Below are positions 1 through 9,045 of a stretch of DNA of 32,000 nucleotides, one piece after another (the first letter of the stretch is position 1; every line of letters starts with the position of its first letter). The DNA is from Nostoc sp. PCC 7120 = FACHB-418 (GTDB lineage: Bacteria; Cyanobacteriota; Cyanobacteriia; Cyanobacteriales; Nostocaceae): the NCBI RefSeq assembly GCF_000009705.1, contig NC_003272.1:4830001-4862000 (forward strand), read 5' to 3'. Both the position numbers and the translations under genes were made by a program. Below the pieces are notes generated by a model. It saw nothing but the letters and a program-made list of their open reading frames with translations, ran no database searches and was not told the DNA's origin.

Positions 1-1
1 C

Positions 2-322
2 TTTGATTATCTGCCCCATCGTCCTTTTGTGGAACGCGATCGCTGGAAAAATGCCCGCGTCTACCCTGGAAAGTTACTCAACATCTTAATTATGGGGCAG
101 AATTACCACCTAATTCATCATTTATGGCCTTCTATCCCCTGGTATAACTATCAGCCAGCCTATTATGTAATGAAGCCACTGTTAGATGAGAAAGGCTGTT
201 ATCAAACTTCAGGATTGTTGCAGAAAAAAGATTTCTTTGAATTTGTGTATGACATCTTTTTAGGGATCAGATTTCACCATCACAAAGAAGAAAAAGTATC
301 AAGTAATAATCTAGAGGCATAG
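2..322 (+). CDS. Membrane fatty-acid-desaturase-family di-iron enzyme, C-terminal part (5' end lies outside the window); possibly a CrtR-type beta-carotene hydroxylase
   Basis: The frame is open from the window edge (FDYLPHRPF precedes the GTG listed in the ORF track). It carries a third histidine box typical of the family (NYHLIHHLWPSIPWYNY). The CrtR suggestion rests only on remembered synteny. Confidence 0.6.
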   Translation, partial: FDYLPHRPFVERDRWKNARVYPGKLLNILIMGQNYHLIHHLWPSIPWYNYQPAYYVMKPLLDEKGCYQTSGLLQKKDFFEFVYDIFLGIRFHHHKEEKVSSNNLEA

Positions 323-339
323 CGTGATCGCCACTTTGT

Positions 340-930
340 ATGTCCACCCCCCCTTATATTCAACTCAATACTGTTCTGCAAAACTTCGCAGATATTCCAG
401 CAGATGAAATTCAAAAGTTAAACCAAACTTTTTACCCACTACCTTTAACTGCTGGAGAGTTTTTCATTCAGGCGGGTGACATACCCCGGCAAATTGGATT
501 CGTTATTTCCGGAATCTTACGTCTCTACTACGTAAATGCATCGGGTACAGAATTCACAAAATCATTTTGCCCAGAAGACCATTTTGTTGCTGCCTACAGT
601 GCGTTGATTTTAAAACAGCCAGCTCAATTTTATATTGAAGCTTTAGAAGACTCATTATTATTAGTTGCCGACTATGACAAGTTCACCCAATTATGTGCAG
701 AGCATTCATGCTGGCAGATAATTAAGCATAAATTTTTAGAAGCATTGTATCTTAAAAAAGAAAAACGCGAGGCAGAGTTACTTCTAGATGATGCCACGAC
801 CAGATACCAAAAATTTCTGGCGGAATATCCTCATCTAGATCATAGAGTCAAGCAGTATCACATTGCCTCTTATCTGGGCATTTCACCTGTGTCTCTTAGC
901 CGAATTAGGAAAAATTTCCACCCTGATTAA
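340..930 (+). CDS. Crp/Fnr-family transcriptional regulator (cNMP-binding-like domain plus C-terminal HTH)
   Basis: 196 aa with an effector-domain-like N-terminus (FFIQAGDIPRQIGFVISGILRLYY) and a C-terminal helix-turn-helix (YHIASYLGISPVSLSRIRK). Confidence 0.8.
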   Translation: MSTPPYIQLNTVLQNFADIPADEIQKLNQTFYPLPLTAGEFFIQAGDIPRQIGFVISGILRLYYVNASGTEFTKSFCPEDHFVAAYSALILKQPAQFYIEALEDSLLLVADYDKFTQLCAEHSCWQIIKHKFLEALYLKKEKREAELLLDDATTRYQKFLAEYPHLDHRVKQYHIASYLGISPVSLSRIRKNFHPD

Positions 931-1006
931 CATAAGTTAATGACTTCACCATTGCTCCAGATTACATCTAAAGAAGATGTTCTGAAATGCGCTTACTAAA
1001 CTGGCA

Positions 1007-1777
1007 ATGGTGAAAAAAGTATTACATCCGGCTTACAACAAGAAATCTCCAATTTCAACCCAAGGCAACACAGTTTTAATCACTGGAGGTGCATCAGGAA
1101 TTGGTTTGGCACTAGCACACAAATTTCTGCAAGCGCAAAATACAGTGATAATCACTGGACGGAATGCTGAAAAATTAGCTGGCGTAAAGGCATTATGGCC
1201 GGAAATTCTCACTGAAGTTGCTGATTTACAGGATTTAAATATCTTGCAAAAGCTAGTCAATCGTTACCCAAATGTGAATATCCTGATCAACAATGCTGGC
1301 ATTCAATATAACTACGAATTTACCAATCCAGAAATTACCCCAGAGTTAATCGAAGCAGAGTTACGAACTAACTTAATTGCGCCATTGCAATTGATTAAAC
1401 TGATGTTACCCCATCTGTTGAACAAGCCCGAAGCCGCGATTATAAATGTTTCCTCTGGCTTAGGATTAGTTCCCAAAGAAAGCGCACCTGTCTACTGTGG
1501 TAGTAAAGCAGGGATACATATTGCTACTAAAGCCTTGCGCTGGCAACTCGAAACCACATCTATTAAAGTATTTGAAATTATCGCGCCTTTAGTTGATACA
1601 CCCATGACTCAAGGACGGGGTAAAGGGAAGATTTCCCCTGATGCACTGGTAAATGAATTTTGGCATGATTTTACACGCGATCGCTATGAAATGCGAATCG
1701 GTAAAACCAAACTACTGTTTTTCCTCCAGCGATGGTTTCCCCAACTAGCAGACAAAATTCTGCGCCCTGGAATTTAA
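1007..1777 (+). CDS. Short-chain dehydrogenase/reductase (SDR) family oxidoreductase
   Basis: Rossmann motif TGGASGIGLALA, an NNAG motif, and the catalytic S...YxxxK (SSGLG...YCGSKAG). Confidence 0.85.
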   Translation: MVKKVLHPAYNKKSPISTQGNTVLITGGASGIGLALAHKFLQAQNTVIITGRNAEKLAGVKALWPEILTEVADLQDLNILQKLVNRYPNVNILINNAGIQYNYEFTNPEITPELIEAELRTNLIAPLQLIKLMLPHLLNKPEAAIINVSSGLGLVPKESAPVYCGSKAGIHIATKALRWQLETTSIKVFEIIAPLVDTPMTQGRGKGKISPDALVNEFWHDFTRDRYEMRIGKTKLLFFLQRWFPQLADKILRPGI

Positions 1778-1815
1778 CTTAATTGGGCGCAAGCCAGGTT
1801 TTCTCATCACTTCAA

Positions 1816-2229
1816 TTAAACTCTTGACTCTACTATTTGCTGCGGTGCTTGTAGCGCCTGGGGTAAACTCCAATCAGGGCGCAGTTTCCGAGCTTCGCGC
1901 AAATAAATGTGATGAACCGGGACAGAGGTTGGCTGGTAGGCGTGGATTAAGAAACGGATACAGCGCTGTAAACTACCTTCAACGTGCATCTGCTGTACAT
2001 CTAACATAGCTACATTATCCCAGCCCGGACGGGGTCTAGCGATCGCTGCTGGAAAAATTGCATCTAAGTCCCGTGTAACAGAGAATGTCACACTAATCAT
2101 ATCTTGTGGCTGGAGTTGATTTCGCCTTTCCAGTTCGTCTAGCAGTTCACTCACCGCCTCTCGAATTGCTTCCACACTATTTCCCGAAACGGTTGTTGCT
2201 CCACGAATTGCACGCAATCGCCACTCCAC
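1816..2229 (-). CDS. aroH: Monofunctional chorismate mutase, AroH class
   Basis: The N-terminal RAIRGATTV motif and ~130 aa size are typical of AroH-type chorismate mutase. The GTG start is preceded by AAGGAGG about 8 nt upstream. Confidence 0.8.
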   Translation of the reverse strand: MEWRLRAIRGATTVSGNSVEAIREAVSELLDELERRNQLQPQDMISVTFSVTRDLDAIFPAAIARPRPGWDNVAMLDVQQMHVEGSLQRCIRFLIHAYQPTSVPVHHIYLREARKLRPDWSLPQALQAPQQIVESRV

Positions 2230-2253
2230 GCCACAGTCCTCCTTGATTAGTTC

Positions 2254-2348
2254 AGTTGTTAGTTGTTAGTTGTTAGTTGTCAGTTGTCAGTTGTCAGTTG
2301 TCACTTCTTACTTTTGCCACTGACCAATGACTACTGACTATTGACAAT
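2254..2348. repeat. STRR-type tandem heptamer arrays: 7 x AGTTGT(T/C) at 2254-2302, then 4 x TGACNAN at 2321-2348
   Basis: Tandem 7-nt periodicity read directly from the sequence between the aroH start and the sppA stop. Confidence 0.9.
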
Positions 2349-3175
2349 TAAGGTCTATATAACCAGAGTGGTAAACCACTAGTAGACATTTCAAATTCTA
2401 GCCAATCTATACTTGCACCTAGCCTTGAGTAACCCTTACGGCTCCCTGGTAAAACTCTACTTAATAGGGGTTTGCGTTCTTCTAGGGTATAACAAGGTGT
2501 TTTCTCAGGATCAAGACCGACTAATTCTGCTGTCCAGCGACGGGCTTCTTCTTCGGTTCCCAAGCGGTCTACAACTCCTAATTCTAAAGCTTGCTGCCCA
2601 GTAAAAATCCGTCCATCAGCAAAACTTTTAACTTTATCTACGGCTAAAGACCTACCCTCAGCTACTGTTTGGACAAACTGCTGGTAACTTGTGTCAATCA
2701 ACTCCTGCAATATATCTTGTTCTGGTTCGGTTAGTTCGCGGTCAAATGACAAGATATCTTTGTAAGGCCCAGATTTAATTACCTTGAAAGATACACCAAT
2801 TTTGTCTAATAAGCGTTCTAGGTTGTTTCCACGCAGAATTACACCAATGCTACCCGTGATAGTTCCAGGGTTAGCCATGATATGTTCTGCTCCCATACCG
2901 ATGTAAACACCACCAGAAGCAGAAATATTACCAAAACTAGCAACAATTTTAATTTTTTCCCGTAACCGCTTTAAGGCGCTGTAGATTTCTTGGGAGTCTC
3001 CGACTGTACCGCCGGGGCTGTCAATACGTAACAGTAATGCGGGAAACTTTCTTTCTTCAACAGTTTTTAAAGCTTCTAGCACCCGTTTGCGTGTTCCACT
3101 GGCGATCGCACCTGTAATTTCAATGCGAGCGATTTGTTTACGAAACTTTGACTTAAAAGGCCAAACCATGAGCAA
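2348..3175 (-). CDS. sppA: Signal peptide peptidase SppA, 36K type (S49 family)
   Basis: LLRIDSPGGTV and SASGGVYIG motifs, a length of 275 aa and an N-terminal hydrophobic anchor. Confidence 0.85.
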   Translation of the reverse strand: MLMVWPFKSKFRKQIARIEITGAIASGTRKRVLEALKTVEERKFPALLLRIDSPGGTVGDSQEIYSALKRLREKIKIVASFGNISASGGVYIGMGAEHIMANPGTITGSIGVILRGNNLERLLDKIGVSFKVIKSGPYKDILSFDRELTEPEQDILQELIDTSYQQFVQTVAEGRSLAVDKVKSFADGRIFTGQQALELGVVDRLGTEEEARRWTAELVGLDPEKTPCYTLEERKPLLSRVLPGSRKGYSRLGASIDWLEFEMSTSGLPLWLYRP

Positions 3176-3859
3176 ATAGAAACCTCGTAATGATCTAAAT
3201 ATAAATTGTCTAGTGGTCAGATGTCCTAACTCTGCTCTTTGAAAAAAACAAGCAGCTATGAGACCCTTACGAATTTTAATGAATTTTTTATGTTTTGTGT
3301 GGTTGTTTCTTTGCTATTGTTAATTTCACAGGTTTCATATTTCAGTCAAATTTATTCTGATAATTCCAGTTAAAAAGCCTATAAATTATACTAAGATTAT
3401 TGATACTTAATTAGTCTCATCTAAAATCTGTATGTTTATGCAGTTCAACCTAGAGTAAGCAAGATGGAACTATCTATAAAGATCATTTGTCAGTATTTAA
3501 TTATTAATTGATATAGATTCTCTCTTATTACAAAGAGTATTTCACACAAGCGAGAAGCGCTGTAAATCATCAGATGTTGCGGTAGATATGAGTTACAGTT
3601 TCTTTGTGATCAGGAGAAGCTTGCTTGATTTTGCTCGTATAGCTGTAGCTAGATAGATTAGGACATCAAGCTAAGACAAAACCCTTACAATAAAAGGCTT
3701 TCAACACCGTCAACCGCTATACATTGTTTAATTGAAAAGTTATAATTGATTATTAATATTTGTTAAATCTAAAAGTTACAATATTTCTAATTAGGTGTGG
3801 AAGTAACAGTTAAATTCACCTTCATAACCTTGAAACTATCAGTATTGAGTTTTGATGAC

Positions 3860-4165
3860 TTAGGAATCTAACCTTAAAATTTGATATCGGTAGTAAACGT
3901 AAGTATCGAACAGTGCGCCAACAAAACTACAAGTCAGACCAATAACTAAAATCCCGTGTAGAGCAGAGCCACTACCGAAAATAATCAGGAAATTAAAGAT
4001 TCCGTTAGCGATCGCCGCAGTTAAGCCTCCCACAAGGGGAACATAGCCACCTAAAGACAGGAAAAGCAGCACACCGCCGATTAAACATAAGGGAGCGACA
4101 AAGCTAAAAATAATCGTCAACACCAGAGAACGGAGAAAATTGGTAAAAATAGTCATTTCAGACAA
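3860..4165 (-). CDS. Small hydrophobic membrane protein, function unknown
   Basis: 101 aa with about 3 predicted TM stretches (LVLTIIFSFVAPLCLIGGVLLFL, ...). No recognisable family. Confidence 0.5.
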   Translation of the reverse strand: MSEMTIFTNFLRSLVLTIIFSFVAPLCLIGGVLLFLSLGGYVPLVGGLTAAIANGIFNFLIIFGSGSALHGILVIGLTCSFVGALFDTYVYYRYQILRLDS

Positions 4166-4476
4166 ACTCCGAGACTACAGTGAACAATAGCCAACAACTA
4201 TGTGTCCTCTTTCTACAATACGTGCGATCGCTTCCCAACAGACAAGTTGTCAAAAATCTTAAGTTTTCATTAAATTAAGTGGTTACTTGTTACACAAGTG
4301 CGTAAGTTTGCAAAACAAAATAAAAAGCTGGAAAAGCCTAATTAAACAGAGTTTTTACTGCAAAATATCAATTTATAGCAATGTGTAACGTGTTCATGCA
4401 AAGCTATATTTCCTGAGAAAATCATTAAGCAAAGTTAATATTTCCCACAAGATGAATGAGCAAGGGAAAATAATTG

Positions 4477-4511
4477 TTGACTGTTGATTGTTGACTGTTG
4501 ACTATGGACTA
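4477..4511. repeat. STRR-type heptamer array (TTGACTG-like x5)
   Basis: ttgactg ttgattg ttgactg ttgacta tggacta read directly from the sequence. Confidence 0.85.
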
Positions 4512-4512
4512 T

Positions 4513-4539
4513 GTACAGATGTTGCAGTGTAACGTCTCC
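4513..4539 (+). repeat. Short palindromic hairpin repeat (GTACAGAYGTTG...AACRTCTC family), copy 1
   Basis: gtacagatgttgcagtgtaacgtctcc is an imperfect palindrome. A related copy sits at 5387-5414. Confidence 0.7.
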
Positions 4540-4563
4540 AATGATGGAAATGAATAATAACTA

Positions 4564-5355
4564 ATGACCACATCCAAATCCAGCATAGGAACATGGAGTC
4601 AGCGATTGCTGGCAGCAATATTTCTGGGTGGACAAGCTATAGTTCACCTCTTGAGGGGTAAAATCCACTGGCGCAACACCAAAGAACAAATGGCAGCAGT
4701 GGGGCCAGATTCGTTATTTATTGCCCTATTAACAGCAGTTTTTGTTGGTGCAGTTTTTACCATTCAGGTAGCACGGGAGTTTATTAATTTTGGCGCAGGT
4801 AATCTTGTCGGCGGAGTGTTAGCAGTAGCATTGACGAGGGAATTATCGCCAGTACTAACAGCCGTGATATTAGCCGGACGTGTTGGTTCTGCTTTTGCCG
4901 CAGAAATCGGCACAATGCGGGTAACAGAACAAATCGATGCCATGTTGATGTTAAAAACTGACCCAATTGACTATTTAGTTATACCCCGTCTGCTGGCTTG
5001 CTTCCTCATGCTGCCAATTTTAACCCTCCTATCCTTAGTCACAGGAATGTTAGGGGGATTAATCATTGCCACAAATATGTATGGAATCTCCGACACAGTA
5101 TTTTTAGATTCCGCCCGTAACTTACTAGAAATCTGGGATATTTGTAGCGCCATGATTAAGGCGTGCTGCTTTGGGGTATTAATTGCCATTATTGGTTGTA
5201 GTTGGGGTTTGACCACCACAGGTGGAGCTAAAGGAGTAGGACAATCGACTACAACGGCTGTTGTTACGGCCTTATTAATTATCTTCGTTAGTAACTTTTT
5301 CTTATCCTGGGTAATGTTTCAAGGAACTGGTGGTGCATTCCAGCCAGGGATATAA
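4564..5355 (+). CDS. mlaE: MlaE-family ABC transporter permease (lipid-trafficking type, TGD1/Ycf63-like)
   Basis: 263 aa polytopic protein with the characteristic segment RVTEQIDAMLMLKTDPIDYLVIPRLLA. Confidence 0.8.
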   Translation: MTTSKSSIGTWSQRLLAAIFLGGQAIVHLLRGKIHWRNTKEQMAAVGPDSLFIALLTAVFVGAVFTIQVAREFINFGAGNLVGGVLAVALTRELSPVLTAVILAGRVGSAFAAEIGTMRVTEQIDAMLMLKTDPIDYLVIPRLLACFLMLPILTLLSLVTGMLGGLIIATNMYGISDTVFLDSARNLLEIWDICSAMIKACCFGVLIAIIGCSWGLTTTGGAKGVGQSTTTAVVTALLIIFVSNFFLSWVMFQGTGGAFQPGI

Positions 5356-5386
5356 GGATAGGGAGTGGATAGTCGGAAAAATTAAT

Positions 5387-5414
5387 GTACAGACGTTGTA
5401 TACAACATCTCTTC
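5387..5414 (+). repeat. Short palindromic hairpin repeat, copy 2 (could act as a terminator for the MlaE gene)
   Basis: gtacagacgttgtatacaacatctcttc. The arms AGACGTTGTA and TACAACATCT are complementary with one mismatch. It lies 32 nt after the stop codon. Confidence 0.7.
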
Positions 5415-5417
5415 TCA

Positions 5418-5445
5418 TGACCAATGACAACTGACTGTTGACTAA
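5418..5445. repeat. STRR-type heptamer array (TGACNAN x4)
   Basis: tgaccaa tgacaac tgactgt tgactaa. Confidence 0.8.
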
Positions 5446-5490
5446 ACTCCTAAAATAAGAAAGGTGTTTACTAAACCAGGATGAGAAAGT

Positions 5491-5877
5491 GTGACCAGTT
5501 CAACTGCGCCTAACTCCACAGCAATTGTGGAACTTAAACCTAGTTACAATATCCCTGTCGTGTTGGTAATTTCGGCCATTCCACTACTGTTTGTACAACC
5601 TTGGGTGGGAATTGTGTTTGCCTTTTTGGGTTTATTTCTTTTATTCCAAACAGTCAGCCTGCGTGTGCAGTTTACCGCCACTGACTTTGACCTCTACAGA
5701 GGTGAAAAACTAATTCGCCGCTTCCCCTTCCGAGAATGGCAAAACTGGCGAATTTTCTGGGATAAAGTTCCCATATTGTTTTACTTTAAAGAAATTAACA
5801 GCATTCACTTTTTGCCGATTTTATTTGACCCCAAAACCCTCAAAGCTTGTTTAGAAGAGCGTTGTCCTCGTATTTAG
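5491..5877 (+). CDS. Conserved cyanobacterial membrane protein (DUF3119-like, assignment from memory)
   Basis: GTG start, 128 aa, two N-terminal TM helices followed by a soluble tail (FREWQNWRIFWDKVPILFYFKE). Confidence 0.55.
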   Translation: MTSSTAPNSTAIVELKPSYNIPVVLVISAIPLLFVQPWVGIVFAFLGLFLLFQTVSLRVQFTATDFDLYRGEKLIRRFPFREWQNWRIFWDKVPILFYFKEINSIHFLPILFDPKTLKACLEERCPRI

Positions 5878-5899
5878 AGAGAAGTAAGGGAGTTTTCTT

Positions 5900-5933
5900 C
5901 CCAGTCCCCAATACCCAGTCCTCAGCCCCCAAT
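5900..5933. repeat. STRR1-like (CCCCAGT-type) degenerate heptamer array
   Basis: cccagtc cccaata cccagtc ctcagcc cccaat. Confidence 0.75.
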
Positions 5934-6029
5934 TTCAAGTTAAACTGGGAACTTAGAAATTTTCGGGCAACTCAACAGTATATTTTTGAAAGCTATATTA
6001 TTTGCATCTTAGGAATTGCACTGTAGTTT

Positions 6030-7286
6030 ATGAACCCTGACGAATCTCAAACTCCAGAACCGATTGATGAGTGGTTGGAGCAAATACAACAAGAAAACCC
6101 TAAGCTGGAAAATCCAGAAAACTCATCTGAAGAGTCAGTTCTGGTCATCGAAGGGCAAACTCCTTTGGTTGAGCCGCTATCAGTCTCTAATGAAGAATTG
6201 GCAAATTCTACAGACAATGTAACGGCGGAATCAACGGATGATTTGGTTCAGCCGTTAGAAACAGAAACTACATTATTGGGTTCAGAATTACCAAATAATC
6301 CCTTATACACAGAAGCCGAACAACGCATCGCGGAACTGCAACGTACTGAAGCAGCACTCACAAAAGAAATAGCTAATCTACAAGCTACGTACAAAATCCT
6401 GCAAGGACAACTCAGCGAAACTCAAACCGCATTGGGAAGAATTGTGCAAGAGTCGCTAGCACAACTAGAACAGCGCAAACAAGCACTGCAAATTTCTGTA
6501 GAACAGCTAGAACGCCGCCAAGAGCGCATTCGTAATGAGATGCGAACTACTTTTGCAGGTGCATCTCAAGACTTGGCAATCAGGGTACAAGGTTTTAAAG
6601 ATTATCTAGCAGGTAGTTTACAAGATTTGGCAGTTTCAGCCGAACAACTGCAATTAGTCCCAGCCGTTGTTGAAAGAGAAAAAGCACCAGTAAAAGACAC
6701 TAAACCCGCCGAACCTCAAGCAGGTACACCGCAGTTTGCTCAACAGCAGTTTCAAGACACTACCAAGCAAATTCGCCGCCTAATTGACCAGTATCGTAAC
6801 AAACCTGATTATTATGGCCCGGCTTGGCAACTGCGACGCACCTTTGAACCAGTCCACGCCGAACGAGTCGCCAATTGGTTTTTTAACCAAGGGGGACGGG
6901 GTGCTTTACGGACGATGGGTAGCCGTTTGCAGAATATTTTGATTGCTTCGGCAGCAATTTCGATATTACATAAATTATATGGCGATCGCGTTCGTACTCT
7001 AGTTTTAGCTAATACGCCAGAACGTCTAGGAGAATGGCGGCGCGGTTTACAAGACTGTCTCGGTATCGGTCGCCCAGATTTTGGCCCAGATAGAGGGGTT
7101 GTATTGTTTGAAGCCCCAGATGCTTTAGCGCAGAAAGCAGACCGTTTCGTGAAAGCGAATCAGTTACCTTTGATTCTCATTGATGATTCCGAGGAGCAAA
7201 TTAGTCTGGCACTACTACAGTTTCCTCTATGGTTAGCTTTTGCTCCCGACCCCAAAGCCATGAGAAATACTGATGATGATTTTTAA
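6030..7286 (+). CDS. Conserved cyanobacterial protein with an acidic N-terminus, a central coiled coil and a conserved C-terminal domain (possibly DUF3086)
   Basis: 418 aa with a heptad-rich Q/E/L segment (AELQRTEAALTKEIANLQATYKILQGQLSETQ...) and a C-terminal globular part. The family name is recalled, not verified. Confidence 0.6.
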   Translation: MNPDESQTPEPIDEWLEQIQQENPKLENPENSSEESVLVIEGQTPLVEPLSVSNEELANSTDNVTAESTDDLVQPLETETTLLGSELPNNPLYTEAEQRIAELQRTEAALTKEIANLQATYKILQGQLSETQTALGRIVQESLAQLEQRKQALQISVEQLERRQERIRNEMRTTFAGASQDLAIRVQGFKDYLAGSLQDLAVSAEQLQLVPAVVEREKAPVKDTKPAEPQAGTPQFAQQQFQDTTKQIRRLIDQYRNKPDYYGPAWQLRRTFEPVHAERVANWFFNQGGRGALRTMGSRLQNILIASAAISILHKLYGDRVRTLVLANTPERLGEWRRGLQDCLGIGRPDFGPDRGVVLFEAPDALAQKADRFVKANQLPLILIDDSEEQISLALLQFPLWLAFAPDPKAMRNTDDDF

Positions 7287-7313
7287 ATTGGTAATTGGTA
7301 ATTAGTAATTGGG
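7286..7313. repeat. STRR-type heptamer array (AATTGGT x4)
   Basis: aattggt aattggt aattagt aattggg, overlapping the end of the stop codon (7284-7286). Confidence 0.8.
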
Positions 7314-7437
7314 CAGTTCTCTCGGCTCCTGCCTTTGTTGTTAAACTTATACCAATTTGAAAAAAGAATGCGACAGATATACAGACCTAAACGCTTGTCC
7401 TGTCTTGATTCTTAATTTTGAATTTTGAATTGGTATT

Positions 7438-7469
7438 AAAACCCCGGTTGATTCGGAAAACCGGGGTTT
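7438..7469. terminator. Bidirectional intrinsic terminator between convergent genes
   Basis: AAACCCCGG-ttgattcggaaaa-CCGGGGTTT forms a perfect GC-rich stem. It is flanked by A-run/T-run on both strands and lies between the 6030-7286 gene (+) and opcA (-). Confidence 0.75.
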
Positions 7470-7528
7470 ACTTAATCGGTGCAATTTTTGTTGAAAGTTG
7501 GGGAAATCTCCCTTGTTTTTCGTCAGGC

Positions 7529-8908
7529 TTAATTTTTCATGCCTAACTGAAATACTTGCCCGATTAAGGCTAAACTTTCTTCAAACAGTGACTCACGTCC
7601 CCAGCGTTGTACCTGTTGACTGAGTAAAGCTTCTGCTTTTTGTTCCGATAAGGAACTCACTTGTTGAAAAAGACCTGCTGCTTGAGCGCCACCGTGGGTT
7701 TCCATCCGCATACAACCACCGGTTTCTGAGCAGATGACTGTACCACAATTCGCTTGGGGATTGGTTGAACTGAGGCGCAAGGCAATTACATCGCCCACAA
7801 TATCACCCACATCCGCAACTGGAACCCCTGCCAACTCAGCTTCTACTCGCTTTTGGTCTTGGTTAACAAAGTGAATGCGCGTAATATCATAGTCTCCGCT
7901 ATCCTTTTGATAGGAAATGGGTTGCCATTGCAGGCGACTGGCTAACCAACCCAAAAATAATAATGCTTGAGCTGGGTTGCCTTTTTCGTAATCAATTGTC
8001 ACCCGGTCAATGTCTCCCAAGGCGGCGCGACGGTCGGGAGAATCGTAAGCTTCGGCTGTCAACTCTTGCCATGCAGCCAGCCTACGCCAGTTTAAATCAG
8101 CTAGAGGTACGCCTGTTTCTACTAACTTTTGCAGGCTGAGTAAATCGCTTTCTGGCTCGTTGAAGTTGCAAGAGTCAACAATCACGTTGTTGCAAACTGC
8201 TGCCAATCGTTTAAATAAGATGTTGTTGGGGTCTGGTGTAGCCTTCCACCAGAGGAATTTTGGCAAGCCACCAATCAACAATGCGGGAATCATGCCGCCA
8301 ATTCTTTCCAAAGCGGTTGCTGTACCACTGAGAGTGATGTATTCACAGCAGATGAGTGTACTGGAAGATTGTTTTTGAATTGGGCAGTAGGCAGAAACTT
8401 GCGCCTTTACCCCTTCATCTTCGCCAACAATGGGAAACAGGGCAATAATTCGGCAAGGGTTGCGGAGGGCGATTTCATCAGCAATTCTGGGGCTGGTGCT
8501 ACTGCTGTAAGCATAGGAAGTACTGCCATTAGCATCACCATTAGCAGAATTGCCTTGGCGTTTAACAAATTCTTCCCGCAGTTTAGCTATGGTTTCCGGT
8601 GTAGCTGTGCCGGTTTCTGGGAGTGCGTACTTGATTTGTACTTGTCGCAGGGCAGTTTCTGTCTGTGGGCCTAAGATGCCATCAATTGGGCCGTTATAGA
8701 ATCCTAAAGAAGCCAATAAATATTGGGTTTCTTCTGGTTCATATACTACTAGAGTAAATGTAGTAGCACGAGTAGCCGCAGGTAGTGCGCCATCTTCGCC
8801 AGTGATGCCGTAGCTTTGCCAAATTTGATTGAGTTCCGCTTCAATTTCGTTTAGCGAAATATCCTTTGGGGCTTGGAGCGAGAAAATGGTAGGAGCTTGG
8901 GAAGTCAT
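7529..8908 (-). CDS. opcA: OpcA, glucose-6-phosphate dehydrogenase assembly/allosteric effector protein, with an embedded PG_binding_1-like segment
   Basis: It lies directly downstream of zwf, in the position opcA occupies in cyanobacterial opc operons. The start is moved to the internal ATG at 8908 (MTSQAPTIFSLQ...). The upstream 31 codons of the track ORF translate a G/C-rich repeat spacer. Confidence 0.85.
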   Translation of the reverse strand: MTSQAPTIFSLQAPKDISLNEIEAELNQIWQSYGITGEDGALPAATRATTFTLVVYEPEETQYLLASLGFYNGPIDGILGPQTETALRQVQIKYALPETGTATPETIAKLREEFVKRQGNSANGDANGSTSYAYSSSTSPRIADEIALRNPCRIIALFPIVGEDEGVKAQVSAYCPIQKQSSSTLICCEYITLSGTATALERIGGMIPALLIGGLPKFLWWKATPDPNNILFKRLAAVCNNVIVDSCNFNEPESDLLSLQKLVETGVPLADLNWRRLAAWQELTAEAYDSPDRRAALGDIDRVTIDYEKGNPAQALLFLGWLASRLQWQPISYQKDSGDYDITRIHFVNQDQKRVEAELAGVPVADVGDIVGDVIALRLSSTNPQANCGTVICSETGGCMRMETHGGAQAAGLFQQVSSLSEQKAEALLSQQVQRWGRESLFEESLALIGQVFQLGMKN

Positions 8909-8942
8909 AATAATTGTGATGTTGTCTGTGATCAGTTTTAAT

Positions 8943-9043
8943 CTGGGGTGTAAGGGTGTAGGGGTGTAAGGGTGTGAGGGAAAAAAGCTTTGATAAACCA
9001 ATAAGCAATACCTATTCCCCAGTCCCCATTCCCCATTCCCTAT
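8943..9043. repeat. G-rich (ggggtgtaagggtgtagggg...) and C-rich (ccccagtccccattccccattccc) repeat arms in the zwf-opcA spacer
   Basis: Read directly from the sequence. The arms are partly complementary and could fold in the polycistronic mRNA. Confidence 0.7.
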
Positions 9044-9045
9044 GC

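Noticed and set aside
2254-2348. The tandem short repeats here and in other spacers, considered as possible CRISPR arrays
   Set aside because: The repeat unit is 7 nt with no spacers and there are no cas genes. These are STRR-type heptamer arrays typical of heterocystous cyanobacteria.
1033-2604. Track ORFs 1033-1260(-), 1824-2009(+) and 2413-2604(+)
   Set aside because: They lie entirely antisense within the well-supported SDR, aroH and sppA genes. They have no motifs and are typical shadow ORFs.
4784-5219. Track ORFs 4784-4966(-) and 4971-5219(-)
   Set aside because: They are antisense to the MlaE permease gene and have low-complexity, implausible sequences.
8160-8674. Track ORFs 8160-8378(+) and 8369-8674(+)
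   Set aside because: They are antisense shadows inside opcA.
8909-9001. 31-codon N-terminal extension of the opcA track ORF (MVYQSFFPSHPYTPTPLHPRL...)
   Set aside because: It translates the G/C-rich repeat spacer between zwf and opcA. Recognisable OpcA sequence begins at the internal ATG at 8908.
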